Part shown: in pieces, positions 54,641 through 64,000 of the stretch | How positions within the stretch are numbered: the stretch's first letter is position 1 | Layout of the letters: every line of letters starts with the position of its first letter | Source: Clostridia bacterium | GTDB lineage: Bacteria > Bacillota > Clostridia > Acetivibrionales > JBAZRJ01 | Length of the DNA: 64,000 bases | Assembly: GCA_041662985.1 (NCBI GenBank) | Contig: JBAZRJ010000002.1 | Span: 10,826-74,825 of the forward strand | Reading direction: 5' to 3' | Program-made: the position numbers and the translations under genes | Notes under the pieces: generated by a model | Seen by the model: the letters and a program-made list of their open reading frames with translations, nothing else | Databases searched by the model: none | Told to the model about the DNA's origin: nothing

Positions 54641-55876
54641 CTATAATGATTTTTTGATATTTCCGACAACAGAAATACTTCTTTTATCAGTATCGAATGT
54701 TTTTTTAACCAATTTTTCAACATTTTCGATTGAAATTTTATCTATTTTCTTAAGCACCTGCTGTGGTGTATAAATTCGGTTTAATATCAATTCTGATTTG
54801 CCTATGCTGTTCATTCTGCTGCTCGTGCTCTCCAAACCAAGAATATAATTACCCTTTAATTGCTCCTTTGACTTTTCTAATTCATCTTTGCTTATTCCGG
54901 TTTTAATAAGTTTTGAAATCTCATCCGAAATCAGTTCTGTAACCCTGTTCAGGTTTTCGGGATTCATACCTGCGTAAATAGTGAACAAACCGGCACTTTT
55001 ATATGATGAAGGGAATGAATATATTGAATAAACAAGTCCCTTTTGTTCTCGAATTCTTTGAAAAAGCCTTGAACTCATTCCGCCGCCCAATACGTTATTT
55101 ATGGTCAGCAAAGTATAAAAATCATCGTTTCCGCTTTCCAAACCTTCAAATCCCATGCAAAGATGAATTTGCTCAATATCTTTTTCTTTTACACTTTTAT
55201 TTGAAATAAACGAAACCGGATTGCTTTCCTTCTTTTCTTTGGTTTTTGGCTCCCAGCTTCCAAAATATCTGTTAACCAATTCAGTCAGTTTTTCAATATC
55301 GTAATTTCCCGCAACCGAAATAACACAATGATTCTGAGTGTAATTCTTTTTAATATAGTCTTTTATCACTTCAGAATCAATGCTTCCAAGACTTTTTTTG
55401 TCGCCCAGAATCGGGTAACCCAAAGAGTTCCCGTTCCATACTGTCTCAGAAAGCATATCATGTGCAAGCTCTTCGGGTGAATCCTCGTACATGCTGATTT
55501 CTTCTATAATTACATTTCGTTCGAGATCCATGTCTTTTTTATCGAATTTCGAATTGAAAAACATATCCGAAAGAACATCAAACGCTATATCCATATGTGT
55601 ATCCAGGGTTTTTGTATAGTAACATGTACAGTCTTTTCCGGTAAACGCATTGATTTGACCGCCGATATTATCGATACTCTCGGCAATTTCCTTCGCAGAC
55701 CGCTTATTTGTGCCTTTAAAAAGCATATGCTCAATGTAGTGAGAAATACCATTGTTTTCCCTGTTTTCATTGGCGGAACCGTTAGCTACCCAAATTCCGA
55801 TTGAAACAGATCTCATATATGGTATTTTCTCACAAACCATTCTAATTCCGTTATCTAAGGTTATTCTTTGATACAT
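54641..55876 (-). CDS. M16-family zinc peptidase (MlpA/YmxG-like)
   Basis: 411 aa with the inverted zinc motif HYIEHMLFKG (HxxEH). Downstream of pnp, as in Bacillus. Confidence 0.85.
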   Translation of the reverse strand: MYQRITLDNGIRMVCEKIPYMRSVSIGIWVANGSANENRENNGISHYIEHMLFKGTNKRSAKEIAESIDNIGGQINAFTGKDCTCYYTKTLDTHMDIAFDVLSDMFFNSKFDKKDMDLERNVIIEEISMYEDSPEELAHDMLSETVWNGNSLGYPILGDKKSLGSIDSEVIKDYIKKNYTQNHCVISVAGNYDIEKLTELVNRYFGSWEPKTKEKKESNPVSFISNKSVKEKDIEQIHLCMGFEGLESGNDDFYTLLTINNVLGGGMSSRLFQRIREQKGLVYSIYSFPSSYKSAGLFTIYAGMNPENLNRVTELISDEISKLIKTGISKDELEKSKEQLKGNYILGLESTSSRMNSIGKSELILNRIYTPQQVLKKIDKISIENVEKLVKKTFDTDKRSISVVGNIKKSL

Positions 55877-55894
55877 TGATCCTCCGCAATAATG

Positions 55895-58003
55895 CTATTC
55901 CTTTTCAGCTGTTTCATCCTGCATTGCATCTTTTCTCGAAAGATTGATTCTTCCCTGTCTGTCGACTTCCATCACCTTAACGAGGAATTCGTCGCCTATC
56001 TTGACAACATCTTCAACCTTTTCGACTCTCTTTTTATCAAGCTTCGAAATGTGAACCATGCCTTCTTTACCCGGCAGGTATTCAACAAAAGCACCGAAAG
56101 GCATTATCCTGGTAACCTTGCCCATAAATGTCTGTCCCGGTTGAGCTTCCATCGTTATTCCTTCGATGATTTTGATTGCTTTATTTCCTGCCTCTATATC
56201 CACACACGAAACAAATACTTTACCTGATTCGTCAATGTCAATCTTTACGCCGGTTTCAGCAATAATCTTATTGATCATTTTTCCTCCCGGTCCGATTACT
56301 TCTCTTATTTTATCCGGGTTAATCGAAATAACGAGCATCTTAGGTGCAAACGGTGACATTTCTTTTCTTGGTTCCGCAATTGCTTTTAAAATTACTTCGT
56401 CAATAATCTGGAAACGTCCTCTTTTCGTAATTTCAAACGCCTGTCTGATGATTTCGTATGTCAGTCCGTCAGTCTTAATATCCACCTGAATTGCTGTTAT
56501 CCCTTCCTTCGTTCCCGCAACCTTGAAATCCATGTCGCCGAAGAAGTCTTCTATTCCCTGAATGTCCATGAAAGTCTTGAATCTCTCAGGATTGTTGTCG
56601 TCTGTAACCAGTCCCGCAGAAATTCCGGCAACAGGTCTCTTTATCGGAACGCCTGCATCCATCAATGCAAGTGTGCTTCCGCATACGCTTCCCTGTGAAG
56701 TCGATCCGTTCGACATCAAAACTTCGGAAACAAGTCTGATTGCATACGGGAACTCTTCTTCATCGGGAATAACCGGTTCCAGTGATCTTTCCGCGAGTGC
56801 TCCGTGTCCGATTTCTCTTCTGCCCGGGCCTCTTGATGTCCTTGCCTCTCCTACACTGTATGCAGGGAAGTTATAGTGATGAATATATCTTTTTGTTTCT
56901 TCGAGATCAATTCCGTCCATCTTCTGAACATCGCCCATTGCGCCCAGCGTAACAGCAGTCAGAACCTGAGTCTGGCCTCTCTGGAACAGTCCCGAACCAT
57001 GAGTTCTTGGCAGGATACCAACTTCTGCCGACAACTCCCTTATGTCGTCAAGCCCTCTTCCGTCGACTCTCTTACCTTCTTCAAGAAGATATTCTCTTAC
57101 AACCTTTTTCTCTAATTTGTAAATAGCTTCAGCTATCAATTTTGAAGAATCAGGGTAAGTTTCTTTAAATTTTTCCTGTACTTCATTTGAAAGGTTATCG
57201 ATTTTTAAATCACTGTCCTGTTTTTCAACTGCAAGAACCGCCTGTCTCATTGAATCATAAGCAAAAGCTTTAACTGCCGCAAATAATTCTTCCGGAACCG
57301 CACAGGATTCGTATGCTTTCTTTGGCTTTCCGATTTCTTTAACGATATCGTTGATAAAAGCTACGATTTTCTTTATTTCTTCATGACCTTTAATGATTGC
57401 GTCAAGAACAATTTCGTCAGGAACTTCGTCTGCACCGGCTTCAATCATAGTTATTTTGTCGGCGGTACCGGCTAAAGTTATGTACATTTTGCTTTTTTCT
57501 CTCTGTTCGGCATTCGGATTGATAACAACCACACCGTCAACCAGCCCGATAATAACCCCTCCTATCGGTCCGTTAAAAGGTATGTCCGAAATTGAAATTG
57601 CAATTGAAGACCCTATCATTGCAGCAATTTCAGGAGTGTTGTCCTGATCAACTGAAAATACAGTGTTGATAACTGCTACATCGTTTCTTAAATCTTTTGG
57701 AAATAATGGTCTGATAGGTCTGTCAATAACTCTTGAAGTCAGGACAGCTCTCTCGGACGGTCTTCCTTCTCTTTTTATGAAACCTCCGGGTATTTTTCCT
57801 ACAGCGTAAAGTCTTTCTTCGTAATCAACGCTCAAAGGGAAAAAGTCTATTCCTTCTCTTGGTTTCTTTGACATCGTTGCCGATGACATAACGACTGTGT
57901 CGCCGTATCTTACCATACAGGCTCCGCTAGCTAACTGAGCCAGTTTTCCGGTTTCAATTGTCAATTTCCTGCCTGCTAAATCCATACTAAAAGTTTTTTG
58001 CAT
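55895..58003 (-). CDS. pnp: Polyribonucleotide nucleotidyltransferase (PNPase)
   Basis: Start placed at [14 protein letters not shown] (AAGGAGG RBS). Two RNase PH domains plus KH and S1. Confidence 0.97.
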   Translation of the reverse strand: MQKTFSMDLAGRKLTIETGKLAQLASGACMVRYGDTVVMSSATMSKKPREGIDFFPLSVDYEERLYAVGKIPGGFIKREGRPSERAVLTSRVIDRPIRPLFPKDLRNDVAVINTVFSVDQDNTPEIAAMIGSSIAISISDIPFNGPIGGVIIGLVDGVVVINPNAEQREKSKMYITLAGTADKITMIEAGADEVPDEIVLDAIIKGHEEIKKIVAFINDIVKEIGKPKKAYESCAVPEELFAAVKAFAYDSMRQAVLAVEKQDSDLKIDNLSNEVQEKFKETYPDSSKLIAEAIYKLEKKVVREYLLEEGKRVDGRGLDDIRELSAEVGILPRTHGSGLFQRGQTQVLTAVTLGAMGDVQKMDGIDLEETKRYIHHYNFPAYSVGEARTSRGPGRREIGHGALAERSLEPVIPDEEEFPYAIRLVSEVLMSNGSTSQGSVCGSTLALMDAGVPIKRPVAGISAGLVTDDNNPERFKTFMDIQGIEDFFGDMDFKVAGTKEGITAIQVDIKTDGLTYEIIRQAFEITKRGRFQIIDEVILKAIAEPRKEMSPFAPKMLVISINPDKIREVIGPGGKMINKIIAETGVKIDIDESGKVFVSCVDIEAGNKAIKIIEGITMEAQPGQTFMGKVTRIMPFGAFVEYLPGKEGMVHISKLDKKRVEKVEDVVKIGDEFLVKVMEVDRQGRINLSRKDAMQDETAEKE

Positions 58004-58045
58004 TTTATAAATGCCTCCTTCTTGATTTACCGCAGACAGTAGCAT

Positions 58046-58087
58046 GTAGATTCTGCACTAAATTCTTTCGTTTAGTGTACAATCTAC
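58046..58087 (-). promoter_or_regulatory. Long imperfect hairpin in the pnp 5' leader
   Basis: GTAGATTCTGCACTAAA-attctttcg-TTTAGTGTACAATCTAC: 17-nt arms with a 4-nt internal mismatch, about 45 nt upstream of the pnp start. Confidence 0.5.
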
Positions 58088-58152
58088 CTTCTACAATCCG
58101 CAGCAGTAAACTTGTTTATTTATTTAAATCGTTTCGATTTAAAACGCTTTCA

Positions 58153-58181
58153 TAAAAAAATAAGAGCGGACTCCTCCGCTC
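58153..58181 (-). terminator. Terminator after rpsO
   Basis: Minus strand: GAGCGGA-ggag-UCCGCUC followed by UUAUUUUUUUAUG. Confidence 0.7.
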
Positions 58182-58185
58182 ATTA

Positions 58186-58449
58186 TTATTTTCTTAAATT
58201 CAACTTTTCAATGATTGCACGGTATCTTTCAACATCATTTTTCATAAGGTAATTCAGAAGTCCTCTTCTTGCTCCAACCATCTTCAAAAGTCCTCGTCTT
58301 GAATGATGATCTTTCTTATGAAATTTCAAATGTTCGTTTAAGTGGTTAATCCTTTCGGTAAGGATTGCAACCTGGACTTCCGGTGAGCCCGTGTCCGTCT
58401 CGTGCAGCTTGTATTTGCCGATTACTTCCTGTTTAACTTCCTTAATCAT
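58186..58449 (-). CDS. rpsO: 30S ribosomal protein S15
   Basis: 87 aa with ...[49 protein letters not shown]... Confidence 0.97.
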   Translation of the reverse strand: MIKEVKQEVIGKYKLHETDTGSPEVQVAILTERINHLNEHLKFHKKDHHSRRGLLKMVGARRGLLNYLMKNDVERYRAIIEKLNLRK

Positions 58450-58624
58450 AAAAATAAATCCTCCTTATTTTGAATCGCCATCAGCCTAGTAATTGGTCGG
58501 AGTGTTCCAAAGACTGAGCAAATGGTTGTTTTACAACATTGATATTCTAACACAGAACTTCGAAAATGTAAATCAATTAATTTTTTGTGTTTAACATATT
58601 TTTATTGAATTTTACTGAATTAAT

Positions 58625-58690
58625 GGAATAGTTCAACTTTTGTATAGATACAACTTTATCATTTTGGCTTAACAAAAGTCGAACTATTCC
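58625..58690 (+). repeat. Copy (b) of the ~65-nt inverted-repeat element
   Basis: GGAATAGTTCAACTTTTGT-atagatacaactttatcattttggctta-ACAAAAGTCGAACTATTCC: 19-nt arms with 1 mismatch and an inner palindrome TTGTATagATACAA. Confidence 0.7.
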
Positions 58691-58710
58691 AAAATAATGC
58701 TACATTAAGA

Positions 58711-59607
58711 TTATTTCGCAACAGAACCTTTTATCCAGTCAAAGTCATAACCTCCGGGAAATTCGGGATATAGATTTATTTCATCATTATTTTTGAAATC
58801 CCAAGCTATCAGAGTACTTGATGAACTATCAAAACTGCTGTTGTCATGTTTCAGAATCCCGATATAATTGCCATCCGGTGAAAATCGATAGTTCCAAACT
58901 GGATCTTTTGTATTATACGTCCATATCATTCCGGTTTTCAATTCTTTCACACATAAAACATCGTCTCTGACAGATTTATATGCAACATATTTGTTATCTT
59001 TCGAATATTCGGGATCGGAACCGTTAAATAAAAATTTCGATTTTTTCGTTTTAACATCATAAATATCAATCACCCCTGAACTCGGACTGTATAAAAAATG
59101 TGATCCGTCTTTGCTCCAGGTAAAGCGGTCGACGTCGTCTATCTTCTTTTCGATTCTTGTATCAGGATTATAAATATACATAAAACCATCTCGTATAAAA
59201 GAAATTGATTTACTGTTCGGAACATACCTCACATTTGATATTTCATCGGAAGCTTTTTTATGATTCATATCGATTGGGATTAATGTTCCCTTCGAAACTT
59301 CGAATTCAAAAAAATTATACTTTTCATTTGAAATTTTTAAGTCGGAAACAGTTAGAAGAATTTTTGTTTCTTCATCATTAAATTCCGCACTTGAATACAA
59401 TACCTCTTTAAGAATCTTACTTTCTTTTTTAAGTTCAGCATTATAACTCATAATACCTTCGGAACTGCTAGAGTTATCAGCAAATATTATCTCTCCGAAA
59501 AGCGGCTTTGATTGCACTGCACATCCGGAATAAGATGTTGCTATCATAATTTGAACCACGAAAAATAATAATAATTTTTTTATCAGCTCAAACTCCTCCT
59601 TTACCAA
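58711..59607 (-). CDS. Putative lipoprotein with PD40/TolB-like beta-propeller repeats
   Basis: 298 aa with signal peptide plus Cys (..IMIATSYSGC) and repeated S(P/K)DG.(Y/H) motifs (SKDGSHFLY, SKDNKYVAY, SPDGNYIG). Confidence 0.6.
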   Translation of the reverse strand: MVKEEFELIKKLLLFFVVQIMIATSYSGCAVQSKPLFGEIIFADNSSSSEGIMSYNAELKKESKILKEVLYSSAEFNDEETKILLTVSDLKISNEKYNFFEFEVSKGTLIPIDMNHKKASDEISNVRYVPNSKSISFIRDGFMYIYNPDTRIEKKIDDVDRFTWSKDGSHFLYSPSSGVIDIYDVKTKKSKFLFNGSDPEYSKDNKYVAYKSVRDDVLCVKELKTGMIWTYNTKDPVWNYRFSPDGNYIGILKHDNSSFDSSSSTLIAWDFKNNDEINLYPEFPGGYDFDWIKGSVAK

Positions 59608-59670
59608 TCAATATACGGAAAATGACAACCAATGTAACCATTCGACATTTTAAATGCAAATGTGCAATTT

Positions 59671-59733
59671 GGAATTATGCCAATTCTATAATATGTCTTC
59701 AACGTTTTGGCTTAACAAAAGTCGACCTATTCC
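59671..59733 (+). repeat. Copy (c) of the inverted-repeat element (left arm degenerate)
   Basis: ggaattatgccaattctataatatgtcttcaacgttttggcttaacaaaagtcgacctattcc. The right 30 nt is nearly identical to copy (b). Confidence 0.6.
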
Positions 59734-59737
59734 CTTT

Positions 59738-60421
59738 TTAATCATTCGCCATTTCTCCTCTTTCAGTCAAATCGCAAAAATAAAACTGCTTATCTCTGAA
59801 AACAACCTTATCGATTTGAAAATCAAGCTTTTCTTTAAACAAACATCCGTCAAACACAAAAGAATGAAACTCCCCGTTTTCTCCGCAAACATCAACACCT
59901 TCAGGTATTTGAGAAACAAACTTCTTGTCATAGATTCTTCCTGCAAATGATTTGTCCAAAGATTTCGAATCCACACAAGTTATGATTGCCTTAAATCCCA
60001 ATTCAATAAATCTATTGGATAATTCTTCGCTGCTCCTTTTCCAAATCGGAAATATTGCTTTCATACCAACTTTCGCCAAATTGTCTTCCCTATATTTTTT
60101 TAGGTCTTCAAGAAAAATATCCCCGTGGACAACTGAGTTGAATCCTTCTCGAGTATATTTAGCTAGTACTTTTTGCATAATTGAGTCACAAATAGATAAA
60201 GTTGCATTTGGCGGAATATAAACTTTTTCTAATTTAAACCCAAGTGACTTTGCTTGTTTATCAAGCAATGATTCTCTCACTCCATGCATGCATATTCTTT
60301 TGTATTCTTCACTGATTGTTGTCAGAAGAACTATTTCATAGTCAAAGTCTTTTATGATTTCGTAGAGTGCCAGAGTACTATCCTTACCGCCGCTCCATGA
60401 TACAAGTATTTTTTCTCTCAT
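59738..60421 (-). CDS. Dph6-related PP-loop ATP pyrophosphatase (MJ0570/DUF71 family)
   Basis: 227 aa with ILVSWSGGKDSTLAL (SGGKDS PP-loop). Confidence 0.75.
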   Translation of the reverse strand: MREKILVSWSGGKDSTLALYEIIKDFDYEIVLLTTISEEYKRICMHGVRESLLDKQAKSLGFKLEKVYIPPNATLSICDSIMQKVLAKYTREGFNSVVHGDIFLEDLKKYREDNLAKVGMKAIFPIWKRSSEELSNRFIELGFKAIITCVDSKSLDKSFAGRIYDKKFVSQIPEGVDVCGENGEFHSFVFDGCLFKEKLDFQIDKVVFRDKQFYFCDLTERGEMAND

Positions 60422-60583
60422 TTAATTCATTCCTGTCAATTTGATTAATTTGGTTTGTATTTCTTTCACTGTTTCATAGTATAATGTTATTTTTGAACAT
60501 ATACAAGCGTTTGAATTGCTATGATTAAGTATTATTCCCGTTTTATTCGTATTTTGTTATAATAAAAATCAGGAGGAACTTTT

Positions 60584-63199
60584 ATGACAGCCCACAAAAA
60601 AGAACTCGACCATATTATCAAAGAACTTAATACAGATATTGAGAAGGGATTAACCTCTGTACAGGCCGCAGCAGGACTTGAAAAGCATGGTGGTAACAGG
60701 CTTCGTGAAACAAAGAAGAAAACAAATCTTCAAAGATTTTTTAATCAGTTTAAAGATGTAATGATTCTGATATTGATTGCCGCCGCAGTCGTATCCTTTA
60801 CAGTTGCGTGCATCGAAGCAAATCCCAAAGAGTTTTTTGAACCGGGTTTAATTCTTTTAATTGTTGTTATGAACGCTGTCATGGGCGTTTTGCAGGAGAG
60901 CAAAGCAGAAAAGGCTCTTGATGCTTTGAAAAATATGTCTGTTCCCTATGCGAGAGTAATCCGAGACGGTAACGAACAAATGATCGCAGCTTTGGAGCTT
61001 GTCCCGGGAGATATAATCCGAATTGAATCCGGAGATTTTGTGCCTGCAGATGCCAGACTGATTCATTCCGTCAATCTGAAAGTCGAAGAATCAGCTCTGA
61101 CGGGAGAATCCGAACCTTCGGAAAAAAATGCGGAGTCCACGGTGAAAGAAAAGGCTCCAATCGGTGATCGTTCAAATATGGTGTTCTCGGGATGCGGAGT
61201 AACCTACGGTATAGCAACGGCAGTTATAACTGCTACAGCAATGGATACCGAAATGGGTAAAATAGCAAATCTTTTGGATTCTGAAGAAAAAGGAAGTACC
61301 CCGCTTCAGCAAAAACTCGCCGAATTGGGCAAGTATCTTGGTATTGTGGCACTCATAGCCTGCGCAATCATTTTTATTGTCGGTTTGCTCAGCGGCATGC
61401 CGCCAATCGAAATATTTATGATAGCAGTATCACTTGCAGTTTCTGCAATTCCGGAAGGACTTCCTGCGATTGTCACTATTGTTCTCTCAATCGGTGTTCA
61501 GCGTATGGTGAAAAAGAACGCAATCATCCGTCGTCTGCCTGCGGTAGAAACCTTAGGCAGTGCTTCGGTAATTTGCTCTGATAAAACAGGCACTCTCACA
61601 CAAAATCGTATGACACTCGTTAAAGCATATATTGACGGATTCAACGAGCTTGAAGATATCGCCGGCAATAATTTGAATGAACTTAAAAGGCTTCTGATGT
61701 TCGGGACACTCTGCAGCAACGGTTCAGTAACATTTGACGGTGACAAAGCACAGCATATCGGCGACCCTACCGAAACCTCGATCGTATTTGCTGCACATAA
61801 AAGCGGCATGACCAAGGATGATTTGAACAGACAATATCCAAGACTCGGAGAAATACCTTTTGACTCCGTGCGGAAATTGATGACAACTATCAACCTTATT
61901 GACGGGAAAAATGTTGTTATTGTAAAAGGCGCATTTGATGTTCTTGATAAAAAATGTATTAATGGTGATTTGGCAAACGCAAATAAAATGAATCACAAAA
62001 TGAGCAGAAACGCGCTTCGCGTTCTTGCAATCGCATATAAGGAAATTGATATCATTCCTGACGAATTAACGGCAGAATCTTTAGAAAACGGTCTCACCTT
62101 TATGGGTCTTGTTGGAATGATTGATCCTCCTCGTCCCGAAGCCAGGAATGCTGTTGCAGTTTGCCGAAATGCCGGAATCAAGCCTGTAATGATTACGGGC
62201 GACCATGTTATAACGGCATCTGCAATTGCTAAAGAACTCGGGATTTTTTTAGATGGCGACGAGGCGATCACAGGCGCGGAACTGGATTTAATGTCCGATA
62301 CCGAGTTTGATTCCCGCATTCAAAACATTTCGGTTTATGCCCGTGTATCACCGGAAAATAAAATTCGCATAGTCCGCGCATGGCAGCGAAAAGGCGAAGT
62401 TGTTTCAATGACGGGTGACGGCGTAAACGATGCTCCTGCCTTAAAAGCCGCTGACATCGGCTGTGCGATGGGTATTACGGGAACGGATGTTGCCAAAGGC
62501 GCCGCGGACATAGTATTGACCGATGATAATTTTGCAACAATTGTTGATGCCGTCAAAGAGGGCAGAGGAATTTATGCGAATATCAAAAAGGTTGTCGGCT
62601 TTCTGCTCGGAACCAATATTGGCGAAATTCTGACTGTATTCTTTGCGATGATTATATGGAGAGAAGCACCCTTAGTTTCGATGCAGCTGCTTTGGATTAA
62701 CCTTGTAACCGACAGTCTGCCTGCAATAGCACTCGGTATGGAGGATGTGGAGCCTGATATAATGGACAAAAAACCGAAACCCAAAAATGAAGGTATTTTT
62801 GCCAACGGTCTCGGAATACGCGTTGTCCTGCAAGGTATTATGTTTGCAGTTCTCACACTGATTGGTTTTAAAATCGGTGAAAATGTTACCGGCGAACTCG
62901 CAGGCGGTCAAACTATGGCATTTCTTATTCTTGCAGTATCACAGATTGCTCAGTCCTTCAATATGCGTTCAGAACGTTCGCTGTTCAAAATCGGAATGTT
63001 CACAAACAGCAAGCTCAATTGGGCAGCATTAATATCTGTTTCGCTCATGGTGCTGGTAATTTTCACTCCTGTTTCAACGGCATTCGGGCTCATATATTTG
63101 CCGGCATCAACCTATTTTATAGGTCTCGGACTTTCACTTGTTCCGATAATTGTCACAGAGTTGTCAAAGGCTCTTTTCCTTATCGGCAACAAAAAGTAA
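60584..63199 (+). CDS. Calcium-translocating P-type ATPase (P2A/PMCA-SERCA type)
   Basis: 871 aa with a cation-ATPase N-terminus, TGES, CSDKTGTLTQN, TGDGVNDAPALK and 10 TM helices. Confidence 0.92.
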   Translation: MTAHKKELDHIIKELNTDIEKGLTSVQAAAGLEKHGGNRLRETKKKTNLQRFFNQFKDVMILILIAAAVVSFTVACIEANPKEFFEPGLILLIVVMNAVMGVLQESKAEKALDALKNMSVPYARVIRDGNEQMIAALELVPGDIIRIESGDFVPADARLIHSVNLKVEESALTGESEPSEKNAESTVKEKAPIGDRSNMVFSGCGVTYGIATAVITATAMDTEMGKIANLLDSEEKGSTPLQQKLAELGKYLGIVALIACAIIFIVGLLSGMPPIEIFMIAVSLAVSAIPEGLPAIVTIVLSIGVQRMVKKNAIIRRLPAVETLGSASVICSDKTGTLTQNRMTLVKAYIDGFNELEDIAGNNLNELKRLLMFGTLCSNGSVTFDGDKAQHIGDPTETSIVFAAHKSGMTKDDLNRQYPRLGEIPFDSVRKLMTTINLIDGKNVVIVKGAFDVLDKKCINGDLANANKMNHKMSRNALRVLAIAYKEIDIIPDELTAESLENGLTFMGLVGMIDPPRPEARNAVAVCRNAGIKPVMITGDHVITASAIAKELGIFLDGDEAITGAELDLMSDTEFDSRIQNISVYARVSPENKIRIVRAWQRKGEVVSMTGDGVNDAPALKAADIGCAMGITGTDVAKGAADIVLTDDNFATIVDAVKEGRGIYANIKKVVGFLLGTNIGEILTVFFAMIIWREAPLVSMQLLWINLVTDSLPAIALGMEDVEPDIMDKKPKPKNEGIFANGLGIRVVLQGIMFAVLTLIGFKIGENVTGELAGGQTMAFLILAVSQIAQSFNMRSERSLFKIGMFTNSKLNWAALISVSLMVLVIFTPVSTAFGLIYLPASTYFIGLGLSLVPIIVTELSKALFLIGNKK

Positions 63200-63275
63200 T
63201 GTTGAGAAAAATGCCTTCAATGAAAAACAAAATAATTGCCGCTTCAAATCCCCGGCAATCAAAAAAGGAGCACTT

Positions 63276-64000
63276 ATGAAATCTCTGAAATATAAAAGCG
63301 GCGTTTTGAAATTGATTGACCAGACAAAACTTCCTGAAAAACTTGAATATATTGAGTGTAGTACATATAAAGATGTCGGACGCGCTATAACCGGTATGGT
63401 TGTCCGGGGTGCTCCTTTGATCGGCGTGTGCGCAGCCTACGGTATCTCAATTGGCGCTGCCGCCTTCAAAACATCAGCAATAAAATCATCTTCAAACAAA
63501 ACGATTTCCGATGAATTCTCATCAAAAGAAGAATTTTTCGATAATCTGAGACAAATCTGCGTCTTTTTTAAATCCACAAGACCTACAGCCGTCAATCTTT
63601 TTTGGTCTGTCGACAGGATTTACGGTATAGCGGTTTCAAATAAAGCAAAAAGCATCAATGAAATTAAAGATATTATTCTTAAAGAAGCGCAGACGATAGA
63701 ATCCGAAGACATTTCAACGAACAGGGCTATCGGCAAAAACGGCGATGCATTAATCAGACAAGATTCAACCATCCTTACCCATTGCAACACAGGTTCGCTT
63801 GCAACGTGCGCTTACGGAACCGCATTGGGCGTCATAAGATCCGCTCATGAATCCGGTAAAAACATTAATGTTATCGTTGACGAGACAAGACCTTATCTGC
63901 AAGGTTCCCGCCTTACGGCCTGGGAGTTGAAGCAGGATAATATTCCGTTTAAACTGATTTGCGACAATATGTCCGGTCATTTTATGAGACTCGGGAAGAT
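63276..64000 (+). CDS. mtnA: S-methyl-5-thioribose-1-phosphate isomerase (eIF-2B alpha/beta/delta family), 3' end outside window
   Basis: My translation from ATG 63276 (AGGAG RBS): MKSLKYKSGVLKLIDQTKLPEKLEYIECSTYKDVGRAITGMVVRGAPLIGVCAAYG...HCNTGSLAT..., typical of MtnA. Confidence 0.85.
   Translation, partial: MKSLKYKSGVLKLIDQTKLPEKLEYIECSTYKDVGRAITGMVVRGAPLIGVCAAYGISIGAAAFKTSAIKSSSNKTISDEFSSKEEFFDNLRQICVFFKSTRPTAVNLFWSVDRIYGIAVSNKAKSINEIKDIILKEAQTIESEDISTNRAIGKNGDALIRQDSTILTHCNTGSLATCAYGTALGVIRSAHESGKNINVIVDETRPYLQGSRLTAWELKQDNIPFKLICDNMSGHFMRLGK

Noticed and set aside
1606-63279. Numerous 60-215-aa ORFs antisense to or overlapping long genes (for example 4358-5005, 43693-44271, 41940-42491, 52176-52646, 61498-61893)
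   Set aside because: These are shadow ORFs inside confidently identified genes. They have low-complexity or hydrophobic-looking translations, no RBS, and no recognisable motifs.

Overview
Low-GC Firmicutes (Clostridia-like, by inference) chromosomal window; 47 of about 52 genes are on the minus strand. No rRNA or CRISPR array was seen.

Core blocks:
- 1-4.0 kb: pgpH (partial), phoH and two DUF881 genes.
- 32.5-46.9 kb: cheY-cheB-cheA-cheW-cheC-cheD, topA, dprA, comM/yifB, nrdR, ftsZ-ftsA-sbp-ftsQ.
- 47-51 kb (+ strand): murT-gatD and an LtaS-like sulfatase.
- 51.1-58.4 kb: small coiled-coil ORF, homocysteine methyltransferase, acyl-CoA ligase, M16 peptidase, pnp, rpsO.
- 58.7-64 kb: a PD40 lipoprotein, a Dph6-like PP-loop ATPase, a P-type Ca-ATPase and mtnA (partial).

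Accessory region (about 4.2-32.3 kb), wedged between the core blocks. It encodes eight Sec-secreted modular proteins:
- five BspA-type LRR proteins;
- two CHAP amidases;
- one DUF6273 protein.

These use two shared families of C-terminal Ig-like modules. The region also holds:
- a three-gene operon ending in an Ig + pilin-head fusion protein;
- an AbiEi/AbiEii pair plus a BlaI / sensor-less BlaR1 / membrane-protein operon, the only plus-strand block in the first 47 kb;
- two cation-transporter-like genes (ArsB/NhaD-type and DUF1646-type), each preceded by a structured leader;
- an Amt-PII fusion;
- a decayed IS3 element;
- a tRNA-Leu(CAA) gene surrounded by at least five partial copies of itself.

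Leads I rate highest:
- the tRNA-fragment / surface-protein duplication array;
- the secreted operon with the orphan pilin-head domain;
- the two candidate riboswitch-like leaders.

All functional calls come from reading motifs by eye. No database search was run.
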